Source of the DNA: an uncultured bacterium
GTDB lineage: Bacteria > Hydrothermota > Hydrothermia > UBA1063 > CAJXJZ01
NCBI GenBank assembly: GCA_913055745.1
Contig: CAJXJZ010000002.1
Span: forward strand, 57,564-121,563
DNA: 64,000 bases
Reading direction: 5' to 3'
Under the pieces are notes generated by a model. That model worked only from the letters and a program-made list of their open reading frames with translations, made no database searches and was not told where the DNA came from. Numbering within the stretch: the first letter of the stretch is position 1; each line of letters opens with the position of its first letter. A program made the position numbers and the translations under genes. Shown piece by piece: positions 25,397 to 35,092 of this stretch.

Positions 25397-26697
25397 GACA
25401 TCTTTCCCATTGGATAGTATTCAAAACCCAATTTCTTTACCTTCTTAGGATTATATATGTTCCTGCCATCAACTATTATTGGTGTTTGCATGAGACTGCG
25501 GACTTTTTCAAGGTCGGCATTTTTAAATATATCCCATTCTGTGAGTATTAGGAGGGCTTCCTTGTCTTTAACAGATTGATACATATCTTTGGCATAATGC
25601 AGGAACATATTTTCAGGGTAAATCCTTTGCATATTATGCATGGCAACAGGGTCATAGAGGGTGAGTCGCCCTTTTTCATCAAGTATCCTTTTTATCACTT
25701 TTATACTCGGTGCTTCTCTTATATCATCTGTGTTGGGTTTGAAGGATAGGCCCCAGATTGCAATATGTTTATCTTTGAGATTCCATAGTGCCTTTTTTAA
25801 ATGTTTCATTAAAGTATCTATGCGAGATTCGTTTATTTCCTGCACATCTTTAAGAAGTTTAAAATCCAATCCATACTGTTTGCCAACGAAGTAGAGTGCC
25901 TTTACATCTTTTGGAAAACATGAGCCACCATAACCGATACCAGCCTTTAAAAACCTTTTACCAATTCTTTTGTCCATGCCCATGGCCTTTGCTACAAGAT
26001 CCACATCTGCTCCGGCCATTTCACAAAGGTCCGAGATCATATTGATAAAGGAGATTTTTGTTGCAAGGAAGGCATTGGACGCATGTTTAATGATCTCCGC
26101 TGTGTTTATGTCCGTCACTACCAAAGGGGCTTTTATTGGTTTATAAAGCTCTCGCAAAAGGCGTTCTGCTCTTTTGGATTTTACACCAATGACAATCCTA
26201 TCGGGCTTAAAAAAGTCTCGTATTGCTTCACCTTCCTTTAAAAATTCAGGGTTTGATGCCACTTCAAAGTCTATGGGGCGTTTTAGGTGTAGTCTCATTG
26301 TTCTTTCTATCCATTGAGCGGTTTTAACAGGCACAGTAGATTTTTCAACAATCAGTTTAAAGTTGTTTATGTGCTTTGCAACTGTTTTTGCCGCATCTTC
26401 CACCTGACTGAGGTCAGCACTTCCATCTATTCTTGATGGTGTGCCTGTGCAGATAAAAATGATGTCACCGTGCTCTATGGCCTCTTGTTTTGAAGATGTA
26501 AAAACAAGTTTTCCAGTTTTTAAATTTTTTAAGAGTAATTCATCAAGACCTGGCTCATATATGGGTGATTTTCCATCTTTTAACTTAATAATTTTGTCCT
26601 CATCTATGTCATAACCTTTTACCTCATGCCCTATCTCTGCAAGTCCTGTTGCTGTTGTTATACCAACATATCCAAGTCCTATGATTGTAACCTTCAT
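25393..26697 (-). CDS. ugd: UDP-glucose 6-dehydrogenase
   Basis: MKVTIIGLGYVG Rossmann start, catalytic GGSCFPKD cysteine motif; ATG 26695-26697 with GGAG RBS preferred over upstream ATG 26709. Confidence 0.9.
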   Translation of the reverse strand: MKVTIIGLGYVGITTATGLAEIGHEVKGYDIDEDKIIKLKDGKSPIYEPGLDELLLKNLKTGKLVFTSSKQEAIEHGDIIFICTGTPSRIDGSADLSQVEDAAKTVAKHINNFKLIVEKSTVPVKTAQWIERTMRLHLKRPIDFEVASNPEFLKEGEAIRDFFKPDRIVIGVKSKRAERLLRELYKPIKAPLVVTDINTAEIIKHASNAFLATKISFINMISDLCEMAGADVDLVAKAMGMDKRIGKRFLKAGIGYGGSCFPKDVKALYFVGKQYGLDFKLLKDVQEINESRIDTLMKHLKKALWNLKDKHIAIWGLSFKPNTDDIREAPSIKVIKRILDEKGRLTLYDPVAMHNMQRIYPENMFLHYAKDMYQSVKDKEALLILTEWDIFKNADLEKVRSLMQTPIIVDGRNIYNPKKVKKLGFEYYPMGKMS

Positions 26698-26714
26698 GTT
26701 AATCTCCATTAAAG

Positions 26715-26789
26715 TCGGGGCGAGTGGATTCGAACCACCGACCTCCTGGTCCCGAACCAGGCGCGCTATCCAAACTGCGCTACGCCCCG
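26715..26789 (-). tRNA. tRNA-Pro (anticodon CGG)
   Basis: rc folds: acceptor CGGGGCG/CGCCCCG, D-stem GCGC, anticodon stem CCTGG/CCAGG loop TTCGGGA, T-loop TTCGAAT. Confidence 0.9.
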
Positions 26790-26798
26790 ATTTAATAA

Positions 26799-26827
26799 AT
26801 TATAATGTCATTTTTTTGTTTACTCAA
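26799..26827 (-). promoter_or_regulatory. Sigma70-like promoter TTGAGT-17-TATAAT for tRNA-Pro (and possibly ugd operon), embedded in 3' end of mnmA
   Basis: Minus strand TTGAGT (rc 26822-26827), 17-nt spacer, TATAAT (rc 26799-26804), 9 nt before tRNA 5' end. Confidence 0.4.
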
Positions 26828-27855
26828 AAGATGCTATCAATCCACCCAGAGCCGAGCACATATTCGTTGTCATAAAAAACCGCGAGTTGGCCCTCTGTGA
26901 TGGTAAAAAGTGGCTTTTTTAAAACTACTCTAAGTTTGTGCTCATCTATCTTTTTTATTTGGCAAGGTACAGCGTTTTTGCTGTATCTTACCTTCACAGA
27001 GCATCTTTCAATCTCATTTAAAGGGACATAGAAAATTGGGGAGTTTATTGTAAAAGACGAACTTGCAAGGTCTTTTCTTTCCCCTAACTCTATGACTTTG
27101 TTTGTTGTATCTATATCCTTTACATATACCCTATGACCTGCTGCAAAATCTATACCCCTTCTCTGTCCTCTTGTATAACTTAGAATATCTATTCCTTCTT
27201 TGACAACAGTGTTTTTGTAAACCATCTTGCCTTTGATTTCAACATGATACCTTTTTAAAAACTCTTTTACACCTTCTTTTTTAAGAAAACATACATCCTG
27301 GCTTTCTTTATGAGACAATAATGTGGGAAATAGTTTTTGTATTTCCTTTTTTATGAACTCTTTTTTTACATGGGCAAGGGGGAATATAATTTGCCCGAGG
27401 TAATCTTGTGGGATTCTCGCAAGGAAGTATTCCTGTGATTTTGTTTTGTCAGAAGATGTTTTTAATGTCAGATAGCCCTTGTATTGTCCTATATCTGCAT
27501 AATGGCCTGATGCAACAAAGTTAAAATGCTGCTCTTTTAGGGTTTTAATAGCATAATAAAATTTAATCTCAGGATTGCATCTTGCACATGGATTTGGTGT
27601 CTTTCCCTCTTTGTAAGTAGATAAAAAGTAGTTTATTATGCGTTTTCTAAATTCATCTCTCACATCCTGTATCTCTACATCAAAACCTATTTTGTTCTTA
27701 ATTATCTCTATGTTATGCAAATCATTGGGCGTGGGTATATCATCATATATCCTTAGAACAAGTCCTTTTACAAAGAATCCTTGTTCCTTTAAATGATAGG
27801 CAGCATAGGTAGAGTCTATCCCACCAGATAAGAGAACGAGTACCTTTTTTGTCAT
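26824..27855 (-). CDS. mnmA: tRNA-specific 2-thiouridylase
   Basis: PP-loop VLVLLSGGIDST, conserved Cys pair, 343 aa. Confidence 0.85.
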   Translation of the reverse strand: MTKKVLVLLSGGIDSTYAAYHLKEQGFFVKGLVLRIYDDIPTPNDLHNIEIIKNKIGFDVEIQDVRDEFRKRIINYFLSTYKEGKTPNPCARCNPEIKFYYAIKTLKEQHFNFVASGHYADIGQYKGYLTLKTSSDKTKSQEYFLARIPQDYLGQIIFPLAHVKKEFIKKEIQKLFPTLLSHKESQDVCFLKKEGVKEFLKRYHVEIKGKMVYKNTVVKEGIDILSYTRGQRRGIDFAAGHRVYVKDIDTTNKVIELGERKDLASSSFTINSPIFYVPLNEIERCSVKVRYSKNAVPCQIKKIDEHKLRVVLKKPLFTITEGQLAVFYDNEYVLGSGWIDSIF

Positions 27856-29201
27856 CTCGGTTTATATATGTGATTGCCGATAAAACATGAATAGCAAAAT
27901 TGTGCCTCTTGGGGAGAAAGAAGTTTATATAAGTCTTCTATGTCTAAATAAATAAGTGAATCTGCTTCTATGGCTTCTTTTATGCCTTCTATATCCCTTC
28001 CATGGGCTATGAGTTCTTCTCTTGTTGGTATATCTATCCCGAAATAGCATGGAAACCTTACAGGCGGAGAGGCTATTCTCATATGCACTTCTTTGGCTCC
28101 ATTTTCTCTTAAAAGTCTTATTATTTGTCTACTGGTAGTCCCTCTTACGATAGAATCATCCACAAGTGCGATACTCTTGCCCTGTACAACATTTCTTATA
28201 GGAATGAGTTTCATCCTGACCTTTTCCCCCCTCTGGGATGGGGCAATAAAGCTCCTTCCAACATAATGATTCCTTATAAATCCGAATTCCAAGGGAATCT
28301 TGCTTTCTTCAGAATAACCAAGTGCTGCCATAATACCTGAATCTGGTACAGGTACTACTATGTCTATGTTAAATCGCTCTTTTTTTGCAAGTATTTTCCC
28401 ACTTTCCCTTCTAAATGCATAAACAGGTTTGCCAAAGACTGTTCCATCGGGCCTTGCAAAGTATATAAGTTCAAACACGCACTGATTTTTTTTATCCGAA
28501 GTGTCTATAATATGTCTTGAGATGCCCCTTTGGTTTACGATAACAAGTTCACCTGCTTTTATCTCTTCTATATTTTTAAAACCTGTCGCCCTTAGTGCAC
28601 CTTCTTCTGATGAGAATGCTACTTCACCATTTTCATTGGCCATCATAAGTGGCCGCGTGCCATGCTTGTCTCTGAAGGCAAATAGGGCATCATTTTCAAG
28701 AATAAGAATAGAGTAGGCACCCTCCACCATATTACTTATTAATTTAAATCTCTCTGTCGCTGGAAGATTCATGTATTTTGTGTACAGATGCAAAATTACC
28801 TCTGAGTCAGATGTAGAATGAAATACGCGCCCTTCCTCTAAAAGTGCTCTTCTTAGCGTGTTAGCGTTCGTAAGGTTCCCGTTATGGGCAAGTGCAATGT
28901 ATCGTTGGTGTGCAAAGATCTGTATAGGCTGAATGTTATTGAATTTGTCCTTATCCCCTGCCGTAGAATACCTTGTGTGTCCTATACCAACAAATCCTTT
29001 GAGTGTTTTCACTTTTTCATAGGGTAGTGCCTCAAGTACAAGACCAAAATCCTTTAGAACTTTAAAATTTTTTCCATTAAAGACCGCTATACCGGCGCTT
29101 TCCTGTCCTCTGTGCTGAAGGTGGAATAGACCCGTTCTTATCACAGGGCCTGGTTCCCTCTTTTTGGAATAAAGTCCGAAGATGCCACAGTATTCACGCA
29201 T
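27852..29201 (-). CDS. purF: Amidophosphoribosyltransferase
   Basis: N-terminal nucleophile MREYCGIFG, PRTase motif VDDSIVRGTT, 449 aa. Confidence 0.9.
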   Translation of the reverse strand: MREYCGIFGLYSKKREPGPVIRTGLFHLQHRGQESAGIAVFNGKNFKVLKDFGLVLEALPYEKVKTLKGFVGIGHTRYSTAGDKDKFNNIQPIQIFAHQRYIALAHNGNLTNANTLRRALLEEGRVFHSTSDSEVILHLYTKYMNLPATERFKLISNMVEGAYSILILENDALFAFRDKHGTRPLMMANENGEVAFSSEEGALRATGFKNIEEIKAGELVIVNQRGISRHIIDTSDKKNQCVFELIYFARPDGTVFGKPVYAFRRESGKILAKKERFNIDIVVPVPDSGIMAALGYSEESKIPLEFGFIRNHYVGRSFIAPSQRGEKVRMKLIPIRNVVQGKSIALVDDSIVRGTTSRQIIRLLRENGAKEVHMRIASPPVRFPCYFGIDIPTREELIAHGRDIEGIKEAIEADSLIYLDIEDLYKLLSPQEAQFCYSCFIGNHIYKPR

Positions 29202-31338
29202 CCATCAACTCGTATAGGGTTTTTATATAGTTTTCCTTTGCTTCTTCTATGGATATTACGGTATTGCCTATTTGTATATCATTTCCTCCCACTGTCCCTA
29301 TAAAGAGTGTATCAATAGAATAATCTTTTGCGAGATTTAAAACCTCTTCTTCTTTTGTGGTGGCAACTATTACCCTCTGTGGCCATTCACCAAGCCAGAA
29401 TACCTCGTCTTCTTTTATACTTGTGTGAAATCCTTTATTTCCTCTTATTGCTGATTTTATAAGTGCCATTAAAAGACCTCCCCTTTTGGGAGGAAGAGCC
29501 ATATAGGCTATCTTATCCTTTATGAGTCTTCTTACGAGTTCCAAGAGTCGTATCTCATATTCCATATCGCATATTGCCACCTTTCCACCGGTTATGCCGT
29601 ATAGAATATTAAGAAACTCGCTTGCACCAAAATCATTCATCTTTTTGCCAAGTAGAAGTATTTTGCTGTTGTCTATTGCAAAACCCACATGTGGCTTTTC
29701 ATAGAGGTTTTCCAAAAGTCCAACCATTCCTATAATAGGAGTGGGATAAATCCTTCTTGTTTCAGATGCGTTGTAAAAACTTACATTGCCTGAAATTACT
29801 GGTATTTGAAGTTTTATTGAGGCCTCTTTAATGCCTAAAACAACCTCTTTGAACGAGTAATATACCTCTGGGTCTTCTGGACTTGCAAAATTTAGCCCGT
29901 CTGTAATGGCAAGTGGCGTAGCACCAAGGGATGAAATGCTCTCTGCTAATTGGCATACAGTGTTTATTGCCCCGTTTTTTGGGTCTATTTCGCACATCCT
30001 TCCATTACCATACACAGAAACGGCAATACCTAAATCTGTACCTTTAATTCTTAAAAGTGCAGCATCGTGTTCTGCGGGCTTTATAACCGTATTTATGCCC
30101 ACCATGTGGTCATACTGTCTAAAGACCCAATCCTTTGCTGAAGTATTGTAGTGGGTTAACATTTTAAAAATGGTATTTCTGTCAATGTGCTTATCTTTTT
30201 TTATATTAATTGTTTTTGATAGGTATTTCGTATTATCTGTTTTTTTCAATTCAAGTTTAGGCTCCCTAAAACCAGAGACAACAAAATCCACTGGCAACTC
30301 GGTTTCTATTTTACCCTGGTATTTTATTCTAAGGACCTTTTCCTGTATTACCCTTCCAATCTCAGCATAAAAAAGGCCGTACTTTTTAAATACATTTATG
30401 AATTCTTCAACGCTCTCTTTTGATACTATAAAGATCATGCGTTCCTGGGATTCTGAGACAATAATTTCCCATGCTTTCATATCCTCTTCTCTTAATGGTA
30501 CCTTGTCAAGTTCAACCTCAATACCAACGCCGCTCTTTGCTGCCATTTCAGAAAGGGTTGTTGCAAGCCCGCCTGCACCTAAATCCTGCATTCCGCAAAG
30601 CCCATCAAACTCAACCACTTCCATTGTTGATTCTATGAGGAGTTTCTCCATAAAAGGGTCACCTATCTGTACGGAACTCCTTCTGTCTTCGTCTTTTTTT
30701 AGCGTTTCTGATGCAAATGATGCACCTTGTATCCCGTCCCTTCCTGTAGAGGCTCCTGCAAGTAAAACAATGTTCCCCGGCTTTCCAGCAATGGCGGATT
30801 TAAGGTTCTTAATCTTGCCTATGCCCAAGCATACCACATTGACCTGGGTATTGTCATTGTATGTCTCGTCAAATATGGTCTCACCGCAAATTGTTGGCAC
30901 ACCTATGGAGTTTCCATAGGATGAAATACCCTGTACAACACCATCAAAGATCCTTTTTATATGCGCATTTTCAGGGTCTCCAAATCTTAAGGAGTCCATA
31001 AGACATATAGGCCTTGTGCCCATGGCAAGTATGTCTCTTACAATACCACCTACTCCTGTTGCTGCACCATTGTATGGATCAATATGCGAGGGATGGTTAT
31101 GGCTCTCTATTTTAAAGGATAGTGCCAACTCGTCATTTATCTTCACAACACCTGCATTTTCTCCCATGCTGCTTAATATGCGCTCTGTTTTTGTTTCTTT
31201 AAAGTGCTTAAGATACCGTTTTGAACTCTTATAACTGCAGTGTTCGGACCATGCTACATCAAAGATTGCAAGTTCAATTTTATTGACCTCTCTTCCAAGT
31301 CGCTCTCTAATAAGGTCTAATTCTTCTTTTTTAAGCAT
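29194..31338 (-). CDS. purL: Phosphoribosylformylglycinamidine synthase II (FGAM synthase large subunit)
   Basis: 714 aa, duplicated AIR-synthase-like domains, conserved HNHPS motif (ESHNHPSH). Confidence 0.9.
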   Translation of the reverse strand: MLKKEELDLIRERLGREVNKIELAIFDVAWSEHCSYKSSKRYLKHFKETKTERILSSMGENAGVVKINDELALSFKIESHNHPSHIDPYNGAATGVGGIVRDILAMGTRPICLMDSLRFGDPENAHIKRIFDGVVQGISSYGNSIGVPTICGETIFDETYNDNTQVNVVCLGIGKIKNLKSAIAGKPGNIVLLAGASTGRDGIQGASFASETLKKDEDRRSSVQIGDPFMEKLLIESTMEVVEFDGLCGMQDLGAGGLATTLSEMAAKSGVGIEVELDKVPLREEDMKAWEIIVSESQERMIFIVSKESVEEFINVFKKYGLFYAEIGRVIQEKVLRIKYQGKIETELPVDFVVSGFREPKLELKKTDNTKYLSKTINIKKDKHIDRNTIFKMLTHYNTSAKDWVFRQYDHMVGINTVIKPAEHDAALLRIKGTDLGIAVSVYGNGRMCEIDPKNGAINTVCQLAESISSLGATPLAITDGLNFASPEDPEVYYSFKEVVLGIKEASIKLQIPVISGNVSFYNASETRRIYPTPIIGMVGLLENLYEKPHVGFAIDNSKILLLGKKMNDFGASEFLNILYGITGGKVAICDMEYEIRLLELVRRLIKDKIAYMALPPKRGGLLMALIKSAIRGNKGFHTSIKEDEVFWLGEWPQRVIVATTKEEEVLNLAKDYSIDTLFIGTVGGNDIQIGNTVISIEEAKENYIKTLYELMDA

Positions 31339-32008
31339 GCCTTTTTACCTCTTCTAATATAGATGTGAAAAATCCCATCCCTTTACCTGTTCCTAAGATC
31401 TTTTCGCTGTTTCTCTCTGGATGGGGCATAAGACCTAAGACATTGCCTTTTTTGTTTGTTATTCCAGCGATATCCCAAACAGATCCATTGGGATTGTTAA
31501 TGTATCTTAACACAACAAGGGGTTTTATATGCTCAATTTCTTCATCTTTTATATAGTATCTGCCATCAAAGTGTGCAATGGGTAAAGAAATACGCTCACC
31601 CTTGTTGAATTTATGCGTGAATGGAGTATCATTCCTTACGATTTCAACTTCCTGATCCATGCATAAGAATCTAAGGTGTATATTCCGTAAAAGTGCACCC
31701 TCTAACAAGCCTAATTCTGTTAAGATTTGAAAGCCGTTGCATATGCCCATTACAAAACCGTATTCTTTTTCTGTATATTCGTGAAGTTCCATTATAGATG
31801 GAGAAAGGTGTGCAATAGCACCTGGCCTTAAATAATCACCGTATGAGAAGCCTCCAGGTATTACAATGAAACTATATTTGTAAAGGTTTCTTTCTTCGTG
31901 CCATACCCTCTCGGCATCAAAGCCCGCAAGTTTGAGCACGTGCAATGTATCAAAATCGCAATTTGTTCCAGGAAGGACTAAGACGCCTGCTTTTGGCTTA
32001 TTCATCAC
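31331..32008 (-). CDS. purQ: Phosphoribosylformylglycinamidine synthase I (glutamine amidotransferase)
   Basis: Class I GATase, catalytic Cys in GICNGFQ, His/Glu near C-terminus (MPHPER); 225 aa. Confidence 0.9.
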   Translation of the reverse strand: MMNKPKAGVLVLPGTNCDFDTLHVLKLAGFDAERVWHEERNLYKYSFIVIPGGFSYGDYLRPGAIAHLSPSIMELHEYTEKEYGFVMGICNGFQILTELGLLEGALLRNIHLRFLCMDQEVEIVRNDTPFTHKFNKGERISLPIAHFDGRYYIKDEEIEHIKPLVVLRYINNPNGSVWDIAGITNKKGNVLGLMPHPERNSEKILGTGKGMGFFTSILEEVKRHA

Positions 32009-32249
32009 TTATCTTAAGGTTATATTCTTCTGTTAATGGATTTATAAGCAATTTTTCTGTAAGGCTCTTTACCTGTGATTCCACCTCTTCTCTTTCTTTG
32101 GCATAAAGTTCAAATTCTATGATTTTTCCCTTGCGAGTATTTTGGGCATTCACACCAAATCTCTCTATTGCCTTTTCTATGGCTCTTCCCTCTGCATCAA
32201 GAATGCCAGGTTTTAATCGTATTTCAATCTTTACCCTGTATTTTTTCAT
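31998..32249 (-). CDS. purS: FGAM synthase PurS subunit
   Basis: 83-aa protein directly upstream of purQ/purL, PurS-like ferredoxin-fold size and position. Confidence 0.75.
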   Translation of the reverse strand: MKKYRVKIEIRLKPGILDAEGRAIEKAIERFGVNAQNTRKGKIIEFELYAKEREEVESQVKSLTEKLLINPLTEEYNLKISDE

Positions 32250-33066
32250 CTGTTTCCCTTTTTTGAACCTTTATCTTTTTTATCCTCTGTCTTGTTGCAT
32301 CAAGGATTTCAAAGACAAGGTTCCCGTATTCAAACTTCTCACCTTTCTTTGGAACCCTGTCATAGGTTTCCATGATAAACCCAGCGAGAGTTGATACATC
32401 TTCACTTTCCAGTTCGTCCTTTATAAATCCCTTTTCTTTTAGGACCTTTGATGCCTGCTCAAGGTCTATTTTTGCATTAAATACAACAGCGTTTTCTGTT
32501 TCTTCCTCTACCAATACCTCTTCTTTGTCAAATTCTTCATAGATTTCACCTACTATTTCCTCAAGGAGATCTTCAAGTGTAACAAGCCCTACGACACTCC
32601 CAAACTCATCAACGACAAGACCAATGGAAATACGCTCCTTTTGAAATTCTTTTAACGCATCTATGACATTTTTGGATTCAGGCACGAAATGTGGGGGCTT
32701 TGCAAGTTCTATAACCTTTTTGGTATCAATCTCCTTGAGGTATTTTATAAGTTCCTTTATATAGAATATGCCTTTGTAACCCTCGCTATGAACTCCCAAA
32801 ACAGGGATCTTTGTATATCCAAATTTCTTGTAGACTTCTGCTGCCTCTTTTAGTGTCTTGTCTTCTTCTATGTAGATTATATCCACTCGTGGCACCATAA
32901 TATCGCCCACTTCCCGGTCTTCTATGTCTAAAAGCCTTTCCATGAGTTGATGTGTGTGCTCAGATAAAAGACCATTTTCATGGGCTATTTTTATCATTCC
33001 CTTAAGTTCATCTACAGTTTTTATACTTCCTAATATATGTCTCATCCAGTCTTTCAAACTACCCAT
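32224..33066 (-). CDS. CBS-pair + CorC/HlyC C-terminal domain protein (soluble CorC/TlyC-like, no DUF21 TM domain)
   Basis: Tandem CBS motifs (VGDIMVPRVDI…; GLVVDEFGSVVGLVTLEDLLEEIVGEI) and C-terminal transporter-associated domain; 280 aa. Confidence 0.65.
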   Translation of the reverse strand: MGSLKDWMRHILGSIKTVDELKGMIKIAHENGLLSEHTHQLMERLLDIEDREVGDIMVPRVDIIYIEEDKTLKEAAEVYKKFGYTKIPVLGVHSEGYKGIFYIKELIKYLKEIDTKKVIELAKPPHFVPESKNVIDALKEFQKERISIGLVVDEFGSVVGLVTLEDLLEEIVGEIYEEFDKEEVLVEEETENAVVFNAKIDLEQASKVLKEKGFIKDELESEDVSTLAGFIMETYDRVPKKGEKFEYGNLVFEILDATRQRIKKIKVQKRETDEKIQGKD

Positions 33067-33703
33067 TTTCCAATGCTTTAGTTATTTTGTATATACTATC
33101 TATATCCTGGCCAACTCCTCCTGATACCGTTATCCTTATTGCTTCTTCAGTTGACATATCAAGGAATTTAATAGATTTTTCCTCAGCAAAGATTAAAAAT
33201 CCTGATGTTGGGTTTGGAGTGGTGGGCACAAAAACCTTGAAATATGAATGTTCCCCTGATGTTACAGGTTTTTTTGATGTTAGAAATCCGATAGCGTAGG
33301 AGTCCTTATGGGGAAATTCTACAAGTACCACTGTATGTTTTTTCTCATCCTTCTTGTTCTTTTCCAATGCTTCCATAAAGGCATCTGTAAACTTCACCAA
33401 TGCTGCATAAATCCCTCGTAGAATAGGAACTTTGGAAAAGAAGGCATCCAATGCATGTTTTACACTTTGTCCAACATAGGCACCTGTTGCATAGATCAGA
33501 AAGATCACAATAAGCGTTGATATTATTACCTGAAAAAAGTATGGGATACTTTTAAGCCCAGGGAATATCCGGAGTATATTTGTGAAGATACCACCGAATT
33601 TTTCTATTATCCAGAGTGATACATAAAGGGTAAGGGCAACAGGACCTAAGATCCCAAGCCCTGTAATAAAGTTACGCTTTATTTTTGTTTTGTTATATTG
33701 CAT
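33059..33703 (-). CDS. DUF502-family membrane protein (COG2928)
   Basis: Two N-terminal TM helices and conserved PTTPNPTSGF motif; 214 aa. Confidence 0.6.
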   Translation of the reverse strand: MQYNKTKIKRNFITGLGILGPVALTLYVSLWIIEKFGGIFTNILRIFPGLKSIPYFFQVIISTLIVIFLIYATGAYVGQSVKHALDAFFSKVPILRGIYAALVKFTDAFMEALEKNKKDEKKHTVVLVEFPHKDSYAIGFLTSKKPVTSGEHSYFKVFVPTTPNPTSGFLIFAEEKSIKFLDMSTEEAIRITVSGGVGQDIDSIYKITKALENG

Positions 33704-35084
33704 TTTGTGATATTTTTTCTGCTACATAGTATCCTGACATAGATGCTTGAACAAGTCCCCTTGTAAGGCCTGCGCCATCTCCAATGGTATATAGCCCTTT
33801 TACCGGTGTTTCTAAATGCTCATTCAACTCCACCTTGTTGGAGTAAAACTTGACCTCAACGCCGTAGAGGAGGGTAGAATCGTCGGCAATGCCTGGGATT
33901 AGTCTGTCCATTGCATTTAACATTTCTACAATATTGGTGATATATCTATATGGAAGGGCAAAACTCAGATCCCCTGGGACAGCAGATTTTAATGTTGGAA
34001 TTACGAGATTTCTTTTTATACGAGCATCTGTTGATCTACGGCCTTTTCTAAGGTCTCCAAGTCTTTGAACAAGTACATTACCAGAAAGTAGATTTGCAAG
34101 TTTGGCTATTGAAACACCGTATGCATCAGGTGCGTCAAATGGTTTTGTGAATTTTGTGGAAACTAAAAGGGCGAAATTGGTGTTTTCAGACCTCTTCATT
34201 GAAAAACTATGTCCATTAACAGATATAACCCCATTGGCAAATTCAACTACTACCTCTCCCCAAGGATTTACACAGAAGGTTCTCACTTTATCATCAAAAT
34301 TCTTGGTATAATATACTATCTTAGGCTCATAGAATACATCGGTTAAAGGAGCAAATACCGCCTGGGGTGTCTCCACTCTCACGCCAATGTCCACATAGGA
34401 TGGTGTTGTGGGTATATGGAGTTTTTTGAGTTGGTTTGCAAGCCACCACGAACCACTTCTACCTGTTGCAACTATAACCCTATTCGCATAATAAGTACCT
34501 TTGCTCGTCTTTATTCCCTTTATATGATTATTTTCTGCCAAGAGTTCTTTAACTTCTTCCATGAATCTAAATTGTACGCCTTTGTCTTTGAGATAGTTAT
34601 ACATGTTTTGTAGCACTACATAACCAAGGTCTGTGCCCATATGCCTGAGCCTCTGTGGAACAAGAACCAGCCCCACACGCTGTGCTTTGTATTTCCATTC
34701 TTCAATCTCGTTGGCATTTCCTCCATATAGTTTCGTTGGCGCACCAAACTCTAAATAGGTATCGTCTACCTCTTTTGACAACCGCTCAAAGTCTTCCTTT
34801 GATAAGATCTCAGCAAGCCTTCCACCCACTTCAAGGGAATAGGTTAGTTTACCATCTGAGAATGCACCAGCACCACCAAAACCCTGGGTTATAGAGCATG
34901 TAGAGCACTTAAGGCAAGCAAGATTTTTATTTTTAAGTACTGGACATACCCTCTTATTGAGCGCAGGCCCTTTCTCAAATATGCAGGTAGATATACCCCT
35001 TTCTACCAAACGCTTTGCTGCAAAAAGCCCACCTGGACCCGATCCAACTATTAATACATCACACGATAATGGGTCTGTTCCCAT
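33693..35084 (-). CDS. FAD-dependent oxidoreductase (COG2509-like uncharacterised FAD dehydrogenase)
   Basis: N-terminal dinucleotide fold VLIVGSGPGGLFAA, C-terminal TIGDGAG; 463 aa. Confidence 0.65.
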   Translation of the reverse strand: MGTDPLSCDVLIVGSGPGGLFAAKRLVERGISTCIFEKGPALNKRVCPVLKNKNLACLKCSTCSITQGFGGAGAFSDGKLTYSLEVGGRLAEILSKEDFERLSKEVDDTYLEFGAPTKLYGGNANEIEEWKYKAQRVGLVLVPQRLRHMGTDLGYVVLQNMYNYLKDKGVQFRFMEEVKELLAENNHIKGIKTSKGTYYANRVIVATGRSGSWWLANQLKKLHIPTTPSYVDIGVRVETPQAVFAPLTDVFYEPKIVYYTKNFDDKVRTFCVNPWGEVVVEFANGVISVNGHSFSMKRSENTNFALLVSTKFTKPFDAPDAYGVSIAKLANLLSGNVLVQRLGDLRKGRRSTDARIKRNLVIPTLKSAVPGDLSFALPYRYITNIVEMLNAMDRLIPGIADDSTLLYGVEVKFYSNKVELNEHLETPVKGLYTIGDGAGLTRGLVQASMSGYYVAEKISQNAI

Positions 35085-35092
35085 ATTTAGTA

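Noticed and set aside
26681-26875. 64-aa plus-strand ORF over tRNA-Pro
   Set aside because: Covers the tRNA-Pro gene and its promoter on the opposite strand; no RBS; shadow ORF.
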